Of a DNA stretch of 64,000 bases, positions 9,611 through 21,224 are shown in pieces. The stretch's first letter is position 1. Each line of letters opens with the position of its first letter. The translations under genes and the position numbers were made by a program. The notes below the pieces were generated by a model. The model was not told where the DNA came from, did no database searches, and saw nothing but the letters and a program-made list of their open reading frames with translations. The DNA is from Alphaproteobacteria bacterium (lineage in GTDB: Bacteria; Pseudomonadota; Alphaproteobacteria; MPNO01; UBA830). Location: NCBI GenBank assembly GCA_965243135.1, contig OZ251539.1, forward strand, positions 320,001-384,000. Reading direction: 5' to 3'.

Positions 9611-11076
9611 CCCCTTCAAGTGTGAAGTGCAATATTCCGGATGTGGTGGCTGACCGACCGTTTGCATCAAGATGTTGCGGAAAGGTCAGGCGATGCGGAT
9701 AATCTCTGTGAGTTCAAAAACGGAGATTGGGCCAAGGCCTACCATCACCTGACCCACGACGAACGTTGCCAGATTGGCATGATGAAGGAAAGCGGCGAAT
9801 CGGGGGCCGCGATAGCGAGGCGGCTCGGCCGCAACCCCTCGACGATCAGCCGCGAACTGACCCGCAATGCGAGCCGGCGCGACCCTTCCAGCCGCGACCC
9901 TTCCAGCTGCGACCCGACCCGCGACGCGGGCCAGCGCGACTACGACTTCGCGCAGGCCGACCGGCTGGCGGCCGAGCGCCGCAGCGCGGCTTCGGCGCAG
10001 CCTCGGAAGATGACCTCGGAGTGGTGGGGCGAAGTCGACGAGAAGTTGGCCCTGCAGTGGAGTCCGGAACAAGGACGCCTGCGCCTTGAGGGTCGAGCGG
10101 TTAGCCACGAGTGGATCTACAGACATGTGTGGAAGGACCGGGAGGCTGGCGGAACGCTGTTCCGACATCTGCGGCGACGCGGCAAGAAGCGGAACTCGCG
10201 TGCCAAAGGCCAGGCAGGCCGCGGCTGCATTCCCGGCCGGGTGGACATCGCCGAGCGCCCGGAGATCGTCGAGGAGAAGTCGCGGGTCGGGGACTGGGAG
10301 GGCGACACGATCGTGGGGTCGCGCCACCGGGGCGCCGTGCTGTCGCTGGTGGACCGCGCCTCCAAGTTCACGTTGCTGGCCCTGCTCGGCGGCAGGACGG
10401 CCAGGGAAACGGGCCGGGCGATGCGCAGGTGTCTGGAGCCGTACAAGGAGTTCGTGCACACGATCACGACCGACAACGGCAAGGAGTTTGCGGCTCACAG
10501 GGCGGTCGCCAAGGCTCTGGAGGCGTTGTTCTTCTTCGCGCAGCCGTACCACTCCTGGGAGCGCGGCCTGAACGAGCACACGAACGGGCTGGTCCGCCAG
10601 TACTTCCCGAAGGCGACCGACTTTCGCAAGCTGGACCCCGCCGAACTCGAGCACGTCGAGACCCTGCTCAACAACCGGCCGCGCAAGGCGCTGGGCTACC
10701 GAACTCCTGCGGAAGTTTTCAAGCAGGGACTGGCGGAGCGACCGGCCTCTCAGGCATGACCTGACCCGGCTGCTCGCCGGGGTTCACACGCGCAGCCGGC
10801 AAGGCTGTCGCCGGGCTGCAACGGCCTGCGCCCTGCGCGTCGGGGCGGTCGCGCCGCGCCGGTTCGCGGCGCAGGACAAACGGCGGTCGTCGGCCCGGCC
10901 ATGGGGCAGAGGGGGATTTTTTCGCTGCGGCAGGGGCGTTCGCCTCCGGTCGGGCTACGCCCTCCCTGCGGCGAACGCCCCTGCCGCCCCGGCGCCTTGA
11001 CTCGCCGGCCAACCCATACTGCCTCGGCGACAGGGATTGCCGACCGTCGGTATTGCACTTCGGAGTTGATAGCGGG
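9611..11076 (+). mobile_element. IS30-family IS (transposase ORF 9641-10759)
   Basis: YHHLT..ER, GDWEGDTIVG, ITTDNGKEFA, WERGLNEHTNGL and LNNRPRKALG. Imperfect TIRs TCAAGTGTGAAGTGCAATA and TATTGCACTTCGGAGTTGA. Confidence 0.9.
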
Positions 11077-11577
11077 TTAGGATAAACTGATTTCAACTTG
11101 CAACGGGCGTCGTCGATTTTCATCTGCCAGTCCACGCCCCGCTGCCGCTCGTTGACGTCGACAGCCCACGCCGAGATTTCGGCCTGGAGGGTCTCAAGGT
11201 CGCCGAGCCGACGATGGCGCAGGCACTGCCGGGTCATGGAGCTGAGTTCGTTCTCCGCGATGTTCAGCCAGCTCCCGTGCTTCGGCGTGTAGCAGAACTC
11301 GATTCGCTTGACCAACTTCCGTGCCCGCTCGGGTTCGAACGCCTCGTAGAAAGCTCCTGGCGTATGGGTGTTGAGGTTGTCGCACACGAGGGTGACCTTC
11401 TCGCAGTCCACGTAGCGGCCCTCCAGCAGGTCGGCGACTTCCTCGGCCCAGTCCACTTTCGTTCTGCGCTTGCGAGCCGTCGCCCGGCGCCAGGAGGACA
11501 GGGCCTCGCAGAACATGAAGATCGACGCGGTGCCCGCCCGTTCGTACTCGTAGTCGACGCGTCGCGGATGATCTTTG

Positions 11578-13263
11578 TTGTGTAACTACCCCGAGCTGCC
11601 GGCCGCACGAAACCGTTCCGCGAATCGAAGATTTTTTCGCGGCGGTCTTCGCCGTTCGAGAATTCAGGATTGCGACGCTGAGGGCTGCCCCGTAACGCCC
11701 TGTCTTCGCGCCGCGCCGCTTGAACCCGGAACGGTTATGTCGCAGCGCTCAGGCTGCCTGCAGCGCCCGTGCCCGCCGTTGCCGCCGCGCCGCCCGTTGC
11801 GGCTTGACACGCGCCTTCGTCGTCCCGCGACGTTGTACGTTTCGAGCATGCGGATCCACCGAGGAGCGTTGCGCTTCACCATCATCGCTTCGTAGTCGGT
11901 CTCGGGGTCCCGGTAAGGCTTGCCGGTCCGAAGGACGCAGTAGACCACGCGAAGCAGCTTGTGCGCAGTGGCGACGATGGCGCGATCCGCAGCGGACCCG
12001 AAGCGCTTTGTGGTAGCCTTGGAACTGACAGTTGTCGGTTCGCGCTGCGCCGTGCGCACACCAGCACCTTGCGCAGCGTCGGGTTGCCCTTACGGCTTCG
12101 TCCGCTGCGCCGCTTGCCGGCGCTTTTGTCGTTGCCGGGGCACACGCCGGACCAGGCGGCGCAAGGCGGAACCGAATACGCCAATGTCGGGACCGATCAG
12201 GATAGCGCAGGCCGATTCCCTGTCGATCCCGGGGATCGTCTGCAAGAGAAGAAGTTGCTTCTCGAAGCCGTCGAGGCCTTCCCGAATGAGTTTGTCGTAG
12301 CATGCGATCTTCTGGCTCGCGTAGTCGTGGCAGCAAGTCGCCAAGAATTTGCCGACTGTACGGGGCGAGGTTGTAGGCAAGGGCTTCGCGTATCGCGTTT
12401 GTCCGCAACATGACGGGACGCGACGATTTCCTCCCGCGGCTCTTCGTCGACCATTCCGCGAAGGATGCGCATCCCGTTGACGCCGAACACGTCCGAGAGC
12501 ACCCCGCCGATGCCGTCGCGGTCCAGGATCTTGTGAACGCGGTTGCGCAGTCGGGCGCAGTCGTCGATCATCCGTCGCCGATGACGACTCAGCACGCGCA
12601 GACGCCGGAACTCGCGCGGCAGGACCAGACTCGGAGCCGCCAGACCGAACTGGCAGGCCAGCCACATGCTGTCGGCGACATCCGTTTTCCGGCCCCTGTT
12701 TGACGTGCTGCGCGTGCAACAGGTCAACGTGGATGCCGGCGTCTTCCAGCGCGGAAGCTCCCAAGCCGGTCGCCTCCATCGCGGCGGCGGTCACGCCGTG
12801 ACCACGCAACCACGCCACGAGATCGCGCATTCCGCTTTCCAGGGTGCCGAAAGCCTCGGTCTCGGTCTCGGGATCGCCGCCCTCCGGCGAACATAATCGC
12901 ACCGTCGCGGTGATCTCCATCTTGTGAACGTCCAGACCCGCTGCGCACGGGTGGACGACATGCATTTTGTCGGTTAGCATCGACGCCTCCATGTGAGAGT
13001 TGGGCGGGGGACCTTCGGAACGCAAGTCACGCACCGGTTCGGCGCGGATCATTTTGTTGTGCGTCCACAGCGCGGGGCCGGGAACAATACGGGGCTCGAG
13101 GCCGTCGGTCCGGGTACAGTTTGGTTTCGGGAAACCAGCGTTCACCGCAAAGAAATCGTCCACGTGCCTGCCAACAGTCTAACCCAATGATCGTCGGGCA
13201 GGCACGACGCCAGCAAAACCACCAGTTACATGCTACGGGGCGAGCAGGCGCCGATCATGAGAG
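11578..13263 (-). mobile_element. IS110-family IS, transposase frameshifted (about 11800-12980)
   Basis: AGLDVHKMEIT, AMEATG, GRKTDVADS, LQTIPGID, WSGVCPGNDKSAGK and IVATAHKLL. No TIRs; TTTG core at both junctions (11574-77, 13264-67); long non-coding left end. Confidence 0.85.
12985..13263 (-). ncRNA. Predicted IS110 bridge-RNA-encoding left end
   Basis: Non-coding end upstream of the IS110 transposase; contains the 9-mer TTTGTTGTG (13053-61), identical to the right-end/core junction (11574-82). Confidence 0.5.
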
Positions 13264-14142
13264 TTTGGTGGCGGGAATCGGCACGCGCGTTTCCTTGATG
13301 AGCTGCACGGGTTGCTCGTCCATGCAGACCACCGGACGCTTGGGATCGTAGGGTTTTTCATATGTTTCAAGCACTTGTTCCATGTGCGCGGCGAACTCCG
13401 CATCGCCGTCGGGCGGAATTACCCAGTGCTGGACTTTCCTTTTGCAGGAAAATCCGTTTTTTTTAGCGTCTGTCGCACCGTTTCATAGCTTATGGAATCC
13501 ACGATCCCCAATTCCACCACCTGCCAGCAACCGCAACGACCAGTTGGCGTACCCTTTCGGAGGATCTCCCTGACGCAAGGCAATGACCTTGGCCTCCGCC
13601 TCGCCGTCGAGAATCTTCGGCCTCGGCGGCGTCTCCCGCCGCTTCCGCTCCAGCGCCCGCCCCTCCCTCGACAAAATTCTGGCGGATGTTTTCCACCGTC
13701 TTCGTTCGACACGAGAACGCCTCCGCGATCTTCCGGTCGGTCCATGCCGGCCCGTCGGCGTCGGTCTTCAGCAGAATCTGGGCGCGGCGAACCCTCTCGC
13801 TGCTCCCTTTCAGCCTGCGGATCGTTTCGTGGCAGGTCTCCCGTTCCTCGGCCGTCAGCCGGACGATGTACTTCTTGTGCATGAAAGCACCTAGCCTACG
13901 TTGGCTACTCGATAGCAAATACTGTATGAAAAATCTAATTTTTTATTTGGATAAAGCACTAGGCTGATCGACGAGTTCGGCGACCGGAAGGAGGTGCTCG
14001 ATGCGGTTGCCGGGAACCTGTTGTCGTTTTCTTGCGTGGGGTCTGGGGCGGCCCACTACGAGCGCTACAAGGTGCCGATCAAGGCGCTGCAGGAACACGG
14101 GAGGCTTCAGGTGCGGCTCTGGAGCCAGAAACTGCTGGATAT

Positions 14143-15759
14143 CAGCAATTCCCGCTAAGGCTCGACACCCTTGGAAAATATGGGGTCTGAAAAAAAATTT
14201 TCGTAGACTTTTCGAGGCGATTCGGGGCTATTTGTCTTCGAGCGGAGATTCTTTCTCTGGAAAGTGCTCCGAAGGCGAGGCGGGATCGTACCAAAATGGC
14301 CAGAATGCCAGGCATGCGCAAGACGCTCAGCGCTCCGGGATTGCTGAAGGCGCTCCGGGAGATTTTTGACGGCATTGAGGATCTGACGGCGAGTCGAGGC
14401 GTCGCTCTTTCGGATTGCCTGATGTCGGGGATTGCAGTATTTGGTTTGAAGTACAAATCTCTTTTAACGTTTGATCGCGACGCACGTTTTGATGAAACGG
14501 TTCGCAATAATCTTGCGACATTGTACGGGATTGAGAGAGCGCCTTCCGATACCAGGTTGCGCGAGCGTCTGGACGACGTTGACCCCCGTAGTTTACGTCC
14601 CGCTTTCACGAAGATGTTCCAGTTGCTTCAGCGCGGAAAGGGTCTGGAAGGTTACACCTGTCTAGGCGGGCATTATCTTTTATCCGTTGACGGAACGGGA
14701 TATTTTTCATCTCACAAGGTGCACTGTAAAAGCTGCTGTGAAAAGCATCACAGGAACGGAACAATCACGTACTACCACCAGATGCTGGGGGCAGTTCTCG
14801 TGCGCCAAAAGGAAGTTTTCCCTCTTGCACCGGAGCCGATTACCAAGAAAGATGGAAAGAAGAAAAACGATTGCGAACGCAACGCAGCGACACGACTGTT
14901 GCGCGATGTGCGGCGGGAGCATCCGTTTTTGAAATTGATAGTGGTAGAGGACGGGCTTGCCTCGAACGGCCCGCATATCAAGCATCTCAAGGAGTTGAAC
15001 CTTCGCTTCATACTGGGTGCCAAGCCGGGAGACCATAAATTTTTGTTTGGTGAACAGGTCACGATCTGTGAAACGTGCCGAATTTTGAAGAAGGTGTACG
15101 GCACGAATTCAGATATCTTAACAACGCACCACTCAACGACGCGAATTTCGACCTTGAGATCAACTTTGTGGAATACTGGGAAAAGCATCCCGACGGCAAA
15201 AAGCAACGCTTTTCCTGGGTTACAGACCTGCCAGTAGGAGAGCACAACCTGATGGAGATAATGCGTGCCGGGCGTGCACGCTGGCGTAAACGAGACCTTC
15301 AACACCCTGAAGAACCAAGGTTACAACTTCGAACACAACTTCGGTCATGGTTACAAGCATCTGTCGAATGTCCTGGCTAACTTGATGATGCTAGCTTTCC
15401 TGCCAGATTCAGCAGAGATGTTGCAATCTGTTTCAAAGAGCACGGAAGAAAGCCGAGCGTTCCATCTACTTGTGGGAGAAGTTGAGAGCTATGTTCTTCA
15501 ACTTTTCACTGCCAGGCTGGGAAGCGCTTTATCGTGCTATAGCGTTCGGATACAAAAAGCCGATTCTGGAACCTTACGATACTTCTTGACATAATAATTT
15601 TTCGAAGTGTGTAGCAGGTTCTTCAGGGGGAAACATAACCGACGAAAGCTCGGCCATAAAGCCGGACGTTAGACGTCTGTCCTGACGGTCGTGCCTCTTG
15701 CCGAGAAAATCCTTTGCATCTGACTTGGCACGACCACTACAAGTTAGCGGGAATTTCTG
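14143..15759 (+). mobile_element. ISNCY-like DDE IS, copy 1 (frameshifted)
   Basis: TIRs CAGCAATTCCCGCTAA and TTAGCGGGAATTTCTG; 9-bp TSD GCTGGATAT (14134, 15760). Motifs LSVDGTGYFSS, VVEDGLASNGP and ETFNTLKNQGY. Confidence 0.85.
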
Positions 15760-16728
15760 GCTGGATATTCTCGATGAACAAAGCGAAATTAACCGCGACA
15801 GGGAAGCGGAGTTTGCCGGGCTGCTCTGACCGGATTCAACTTGCAGCCGCGGTGCCGCCGCTTGGTCGGCCTTTGCCGCGGGCGAACCCTCTGCCAACAG
15901 CGCGCCGCTTTGGCTGGAAAGATCTCCTGTCGCGTCAGCCAACGCGGCGATCGCGCCGGTCACGGCTCCGCCCTTTCCCCCCCCCCCCCCCCTCGAAAGT
16001 CGGATTGCCCGCCTCGGGGCAGCTATCCCTGCGATCGTCGCCCGCGGCGTCGAAGTCGTCCGCAACTGCCTGCCGTTCGGGCTGAGGTGCCAGCGCCGGA
16101 CGCCAGTGGACCCCGATCCTTCGGCTTGAGCCCTTCCGGCGTTGGAAAACGAACAGCCATGGTACGGGCGCGGTTCTTCCGGTCCGATACATGCGGTTTC
16201 GGAAGTGTAGGAGTCCCCGACGTTGAGTCAGACTGCGCCGGTCCGGGGCAGGAGCCAGGGAGAACAGACCGGGCGCTGACCACAATCGGGATTACGCCAC
16301 GAAGAAACGGGCCCTCGCTGGCAGCGCATTGCTCATGCCGCGCACGGTGGCGGAAGCCAGCGAAGAATGGACGCCCAAGTTGGTGGAGCAGCGTCCTGCG
16401 GAGCTGGCGAAAGACGCCGCAGAAGCCTGGCAGTTCGTTAACAACCAAGGGCGTAGAAGGAAATGACCGGGCGCGGCGAGCGGTGCTGACGAGCGAGCCG
16501 CAGCTTCGGATTTGCAGAGATCGCCAGAAACTGGTTCTTTGGACGGAAGCGGGCAAGTGAGGTACGGCCCGCTAACCTCGAAAGGAGGGACACGATGAGA
16601 AGCAAGTGCATGATCGGCTACCTTGATTGCGGCATTCGCTCTTGGGGCGTGCAATCATTAGTATCGTCCCAAGGTGATTCCTGTCACGACACTGCAAAGA
16701 TGCCATACCGTCAACAAGGAGAGAACCG

Positions 16729-17229
16729 ATGAAAAAGCTTTTGCTCGCACTACTTCTGATTTTTCCTGCAACGGCGTTTGCAACGGATTGGATAGACGAA
16801 AAAAAGATTATAGGATTTTATGAGAAGGGTCGAAAGAGTATAGGATTTTATTGCGGAGAAAATAAGAGAATAGGAGTCTGGATTAAAATAACAGAAGAGG
16901 AAATGAATAATTTTAATTTAGATTTTGGTTTTCATTCTTTCGTAATATCCTACGATAAAAAATCAGAAGAAGAAATTGGTAGAATCAATCCTGTAGTTAC
17001 AGGCAAAAATAATAAAAAGAATTTAATTCTCTTCTTTGAAAAAGAAGAATCTAATAAAATAATTGAGTTTATTGAACATACGGAAAAAGTACATGGTTTA
17101 GAAAATGTCGTACTTCGTCTTTGGTTAGATAATAAATTCAACCAATATATGTATAAAGATTATTCATTTGATAAATTTGTACCAAAATTATATTCAATAA
17201 CCAAAGACGGTTTCAGATGCAAACAGTAA
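16729..17229 (+). CDS. Secreted AT-rich hypothetical protein
   Basis: AAGGAGA RBS; signal peptide MKKLLLALLLIFPATAFA; strongly AT-rich. Confidence 0.7.
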   Translation: MKKLLLALLLIFPATAFATDWIDEKKIIGFYEKGRKSIGFYCGENKRIGVWIKITEEEMNNFNLDFGFHSFVISYDKKSEEEIGRINPVVTGKNNKKNLILFFEKEESNKIIEFIEHTEKVHGLENVVLRLWLDNKFNQYMYKDYSFDKFVPKLYSITKDGFRCKQ

Positions 17230-17253
17230 TTTAGTAGAAAGAAAGGATGGATC

Positions 17254-17499
17254 ATGCATGAAGTAGGGTTTTATCATTTTCTGAAAGGTTGGATTCTAGC
17301 CATATCCAATACCAAAAAATTCAAGATAGGAAAAATTTATATTACTGTAGAAGACGACTTCGGAGAAAGTACAAGATATTCCATTGACGGGCCTTGCGAT
17401 TCGTTGAATCAATCAAAGAGAGGCTTATTCTATGGAAAGGTTTTTTATTATTTACGGGACAACGGAAATGGTTGCGCCTTCACAGTTGAGAAGGAGTAG
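17254..17499 (+). CDS. Small AT-rich hypothetical protein
   Basis: AAGGA RBS; same strand and composition as the upstream gene. Confidence 0.5.
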   Translation: MHEVGFYHFLKGWILAISNTKKFKIGKIYITVEDDFGESTRYSIDGPCDSLNQSKRGLFYGKVFYYLRDNGNGCAFTVEKE

Positions 17500-18003
17500 C
17501 GTTCCAAGTGATCCAAATCCTATATGCTTGCAAATGGTAGAATCTACAAAGTGCGATGCACAAGGTGATTTTCTCTGCCGTAGCTGACGGTAGTTATTTT
17601 GTCGCAACGACCGTGTATTCGCAGTTGGGTAGAATTGAGTGCGGATCCCGACTGATGTCGCCGGTTACGGTTAAGGGTGGAGAAACAACGGCTCTAATCA
17701 TCTCTATTTGAGGGGATTTTCAGGCAGGTTATTGAGAAACGGCCTCATAGCGAGGCGCGGCCGCTCTCGTTCATCTTGTTCCTCGCGTTATCGCCGGCCG
17801 GATGGGTCTTTCTTATTCATCGTTTCCGGTCATGATGCCTTTGCGGGGCTGATGTCGGCGTCGGGGAATTATCTTGGGTGTCGACATACCGAAGTCGTCT
17901 GGCTTGATCAGGGAACAACGGGTCGGCGCTCACCGCGAAGATTGGACAGATGATTGACGAGCTTGATAACATGTGAATGGCAAGAGATTTCGGGGAAGGA
18001 AAT

Positions 18004-19756
18004 ATGCGACGGTTTCGTTTTTCCGCAATGGTGCCGTTTGCGGCGGCGGTTCTGTTTGCTGCGACCTCCGTCATTGCGAGAGCCGCTAGCGAAAACGAAC
18101 TTTGGAGCGCCGTGTGGATGTCGGGCAATCCCGATGCTGCCCAGCGATCGCCTGCCGTGGGTGCGAACTCGAACGTTCCGCAAGGCGCCCGCCGAACCGC
18201 GGTTCGGCGGGCAGCAAGCGGCAGCGGCACTCGGATGCTCGCTGCGTTGCTCCGCGCGGGCGGCAAGCCGGATGGGCGCGGCAACGCGTCGTTGCGTCTG
18301 TCGTCCGATACGACTTCGCCAGCGGCGCGGCCGGCCGGCGGCGCGCCGGAACGCAAGGCCGATGTCGCGAACGGGAAAGGCGAAACTTCTCTCCGCCTCA
18401 TGGCCGAAGCGCATCGATCCTCCGCGGGCCTGCTATGGAGCGCCGCGAGGATGCCGGGCAATCTGGAAATCGTCCGCCGACTGCTTGCCTCGGGCGTGAA
18501 CCCGAACGTTCCGGACGATGCGGGCCGAACAGCGGTTCATCGGGCAGCGAGCGGCGGCGGCGCTCGGATACTGGATGCGCTGCTTCGCGCGGGCGGCAAA
18601 CCGAACCTTCGCGATAGAGATGGCAACGCGCCGCTGCACATCGCCATCAAGGCGGACGGGAGCGAAGGCGAGGCCGAGGCTGTTGAGGCGCTTCTGGCGG
18701 CCGGAGCGGACCCCTGCGTCAAGGATGCAACGGGGCGGACATCCTACGGCATGGCCGCGGACCGCGGCCCCATCCGCCGCGCTCTTGGCCGGGCCGGGGG
18801 CAACGAGTGGACGTGCGGGAGAAACGGCGAGCGCACGATGCGGGTAGCGGCGCGCGCCAACGTGAGGTCGGGACCGGGACCGCACCACGGCAGGATCGGA
18901 ACGCTTGACGCTGGCTACGAGGTCAAGGTGGCGGGGAAAATCGGTGACTGGCTACGTATCGAGATGCCGGGCGGAGAGGGATACGTCCGCGCCGAGCGGA
19001 TGATCGATACGGCGTTCGTCGTCAGCCTTGAGCCGAAATGCGATGAATTTTCCCACTCGTGCTTCTTTTTCCCCGACTTACAGATGCTGGAAACGGCTCT
19101 CCAATCGTCCGGAATGTTATCTTTTGGTTCGTAATAATATTGCTCGCAATCGGTCTTTGAATTGGTCGGGATCCTGTTCCAGTGGCGTCGCCAACGGCCA
19201 AGGAAAGCTTTCGCGGTCAGATGACCGGTTTTCCAAGTCTAGGGAAGATGTCGGAAGGCTCGTGGGTGGCAAGAGGCATGGGCTGTGGATCGGGCGCTTC
19301 AGAGAGCTTCTCTCAAACACCTTCTACTTTTATACGTATGTGAACGGCAAGAGGCATGGGCCATGGTTCCGTCGGGTAAAGCACCCTGTGCACAAACAGA
19401 TATCCACGCATATAGGCACCTATGTAAACGGCAAGAGCCATGGACAAAGTGTCCGTATTACGAATGGCGACAACGTCTCCACAGGTGCCTACGTGAACGG
19501 CAAGAGGCATGGACAATGGATCACTGCAGGCGACAACAGATTCGTGTGGGGCGCAGGTAGAGGTCCCGGTGCAGAAATAGGTGCCTATGTGAACGGTACG
19601 AAGCATGGGCAATGGATTGAACTGTTTGGTGAATTAGTCAAAACAGGTGCCTATGTAAACGGCCAGAGACACGGACGATGGAAGGAACACTCAAGGATAA
19701 CCTGCGAAATCGTCGAATACGAATCGGGCACGGTTGCGAGAAAAAGAAAATGCTGA
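18004..19756 (+). CDS. Secreted ankyrin-repeat / SH3b / MORN-like repeat protein, frameshift near 19065
   Basis: Signal peptide; ankyrin motifs (GRTAVHRAA, GNAPLHIA, LLAAGADP); SH3b (ANVRSGPG...GDWLRI...GEGYV); repeated G.YVNGKRHG.W in ORF 19028-19756. Break lies at a T/C homopolymer. Confidence 0.75.
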
Positions 19757-20007
19757 CCAAGGTTTCCGGGTCCGCATGGTCCGGCGTCTGCTGTCGTCGG
19801 CGGTCGAGATTTCGGAAGCGGAACGGCTTGCGCGAGGTTTGCAGGGATGCGAATCGCAGCCGAAAACCCCCTATCAACTTCGAAGCGCAACGCGGACGGT
19901 CTGCAGCGCGAGGGCGTTGCCGGGCTGTCCGGTGAGTCAAGGCGCCGGTGGGGGCATTCGCCGCAGGGAGCGCGTAGCCCTTGGCGACATCGCCGGACCG
20001 GGCACAA

Positions 20008-21160
20008 TACCAAACCTACTATCAAATGACTCGTGTGACAACTAGCTGTATTTGTTGATACTTGCTATGCGTAGCAATGCTGTAGCATACGGAGGACGAC
20101 ATGACAGTGCCTGTGACGCGCACGGGCCACACGGCGGAAGAGTTGCACGACCTAACGAAGCGATGCGGCAACGCTGCGCAAGCGCGACGGCTTCGAGCGT
20201 TGATCATGGAGGGGTCGCCAGGATGCCGCAAAAGCGCAGAATATAGACCGGCAGACGCTGCGCGATTGGGTCCATCGTTACAACGAGTTCGGACCGGACG
20301 GGTTGAGCAACCGCCCGAAACGGAAAGTTTTCCTTGATGAAGACCAGTTGAAGGTGCTTTCGGAGTGGCTGGAAAAGGGTCCGGATCCGGAAACGGACGG
20401 GGCTGGTTCGCTGGCGCGTTCAGGACGTAATGGGCAAGATTCAGAAGGGCTTCGGCGTCAAGTATTCCATGGAGGGAACTCGTCGGGCGGAGGCTGGGCT
20501 TCCGTCACGTCCCGCCGCGTCCGCTTCATCCCAAGGCAAAACCCAAGGATCAGGAGAAATTCCGTGAGAATTTTCAAGACATTGTGAAAGATGCGGTGGG
20601 GCCGGACAAAGCCGAGCGGACGATTGAAATCTGGTTCCAGGACGAAGGTAGAATCGGCCAGAAGGGAATGTTGTCGCGGCTGTGGGTGCGCAAGAACGAG
20701 CGCCTGCGAATCGCCCGCGACCACCGCTACGGCTACGTCTATCTTTTCGGGGCCGCGTGCGCGGAAAGGAAACTTGCGGTCGGCCACATTGCGGAACGCG
20801 CCAACACGGAATCCATGAACGAACACCTCGCTCTCATCAGCGCCTCCGTGCAACCGGGAAGCCACTGCGTTCTGGTTCTCGACGGTGCCGGCTGACACAA
20901 AAGCAAGGAGCCTCCCGAAAACGTAACTCTCCTGCTTCTGCCGCCCTACAGTCCGGAGCTGAACCCAATGGAGAATGTCGTACCTGAAACAGAATCGCTT
21001 CGCGAATCGCGTGTTCAAGGATGTCGCGGAGGTTCGCGACGCTTGCCGGAAAGGCTGGCTATGCGATTCTCCGGCTGACATCGCATCTATTGTGACCCGG
21101 GAATGGGCCACTATAACTCCCGCAAAACGCAAAACAGGTCTCTAAATAGTGGGTTTGGTA
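20008..21160 (+). mobile_element. IS630-family IS, degenerate
   Basis: TIRs TACCAAACCTACTAT and ATAGTGGGTTTGGTA; motifs IWFQDEGRIGQKG, LVLDGAG and LPPYSPELNPME. Confidence 0.8.
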
Positions 21161-21224
21161 TAAATTGCCCGTTCGACGACCGGGGAAGCCGCGCTCGGCG
21201 CTCGGGGAAAAGAGGGGCAGCGGA

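Larger units (their letters stand above)
9585..13959 (-). mobile_element. IS630-family IS, interrupted by IS30 and IS110
   Basis: TIRs GTGCTTTATC and GATAAAGCAC with TA duplication (9583-84, 13960-61). HTH part MHKKYIVRLTAEER (13882), [30 protein letters not shown] and YTPKHGSWLNIAENELS. Confidence 0.9.
9380..15829 (+). pseudogene. C-terminal part of an unknown large protein, split by IS630 (nested) and an ISNCY-like element
   Basis: Removing the insertions joins ...LFAWCRAHPDEAP...IHPVTA to RLIDEFGDRKEVLDAVAGNL... (13960-14142), then KLLDI to LDEQSEINRDREAEFAGLL* (15760-15829). Confidence 0.6.

Noticed and set aside
15977-15992. 16-C homopolymer as a phase-variation switch
   Set aside because: No recognisable gene or promoter can be tied to it, and its length is unreliable.
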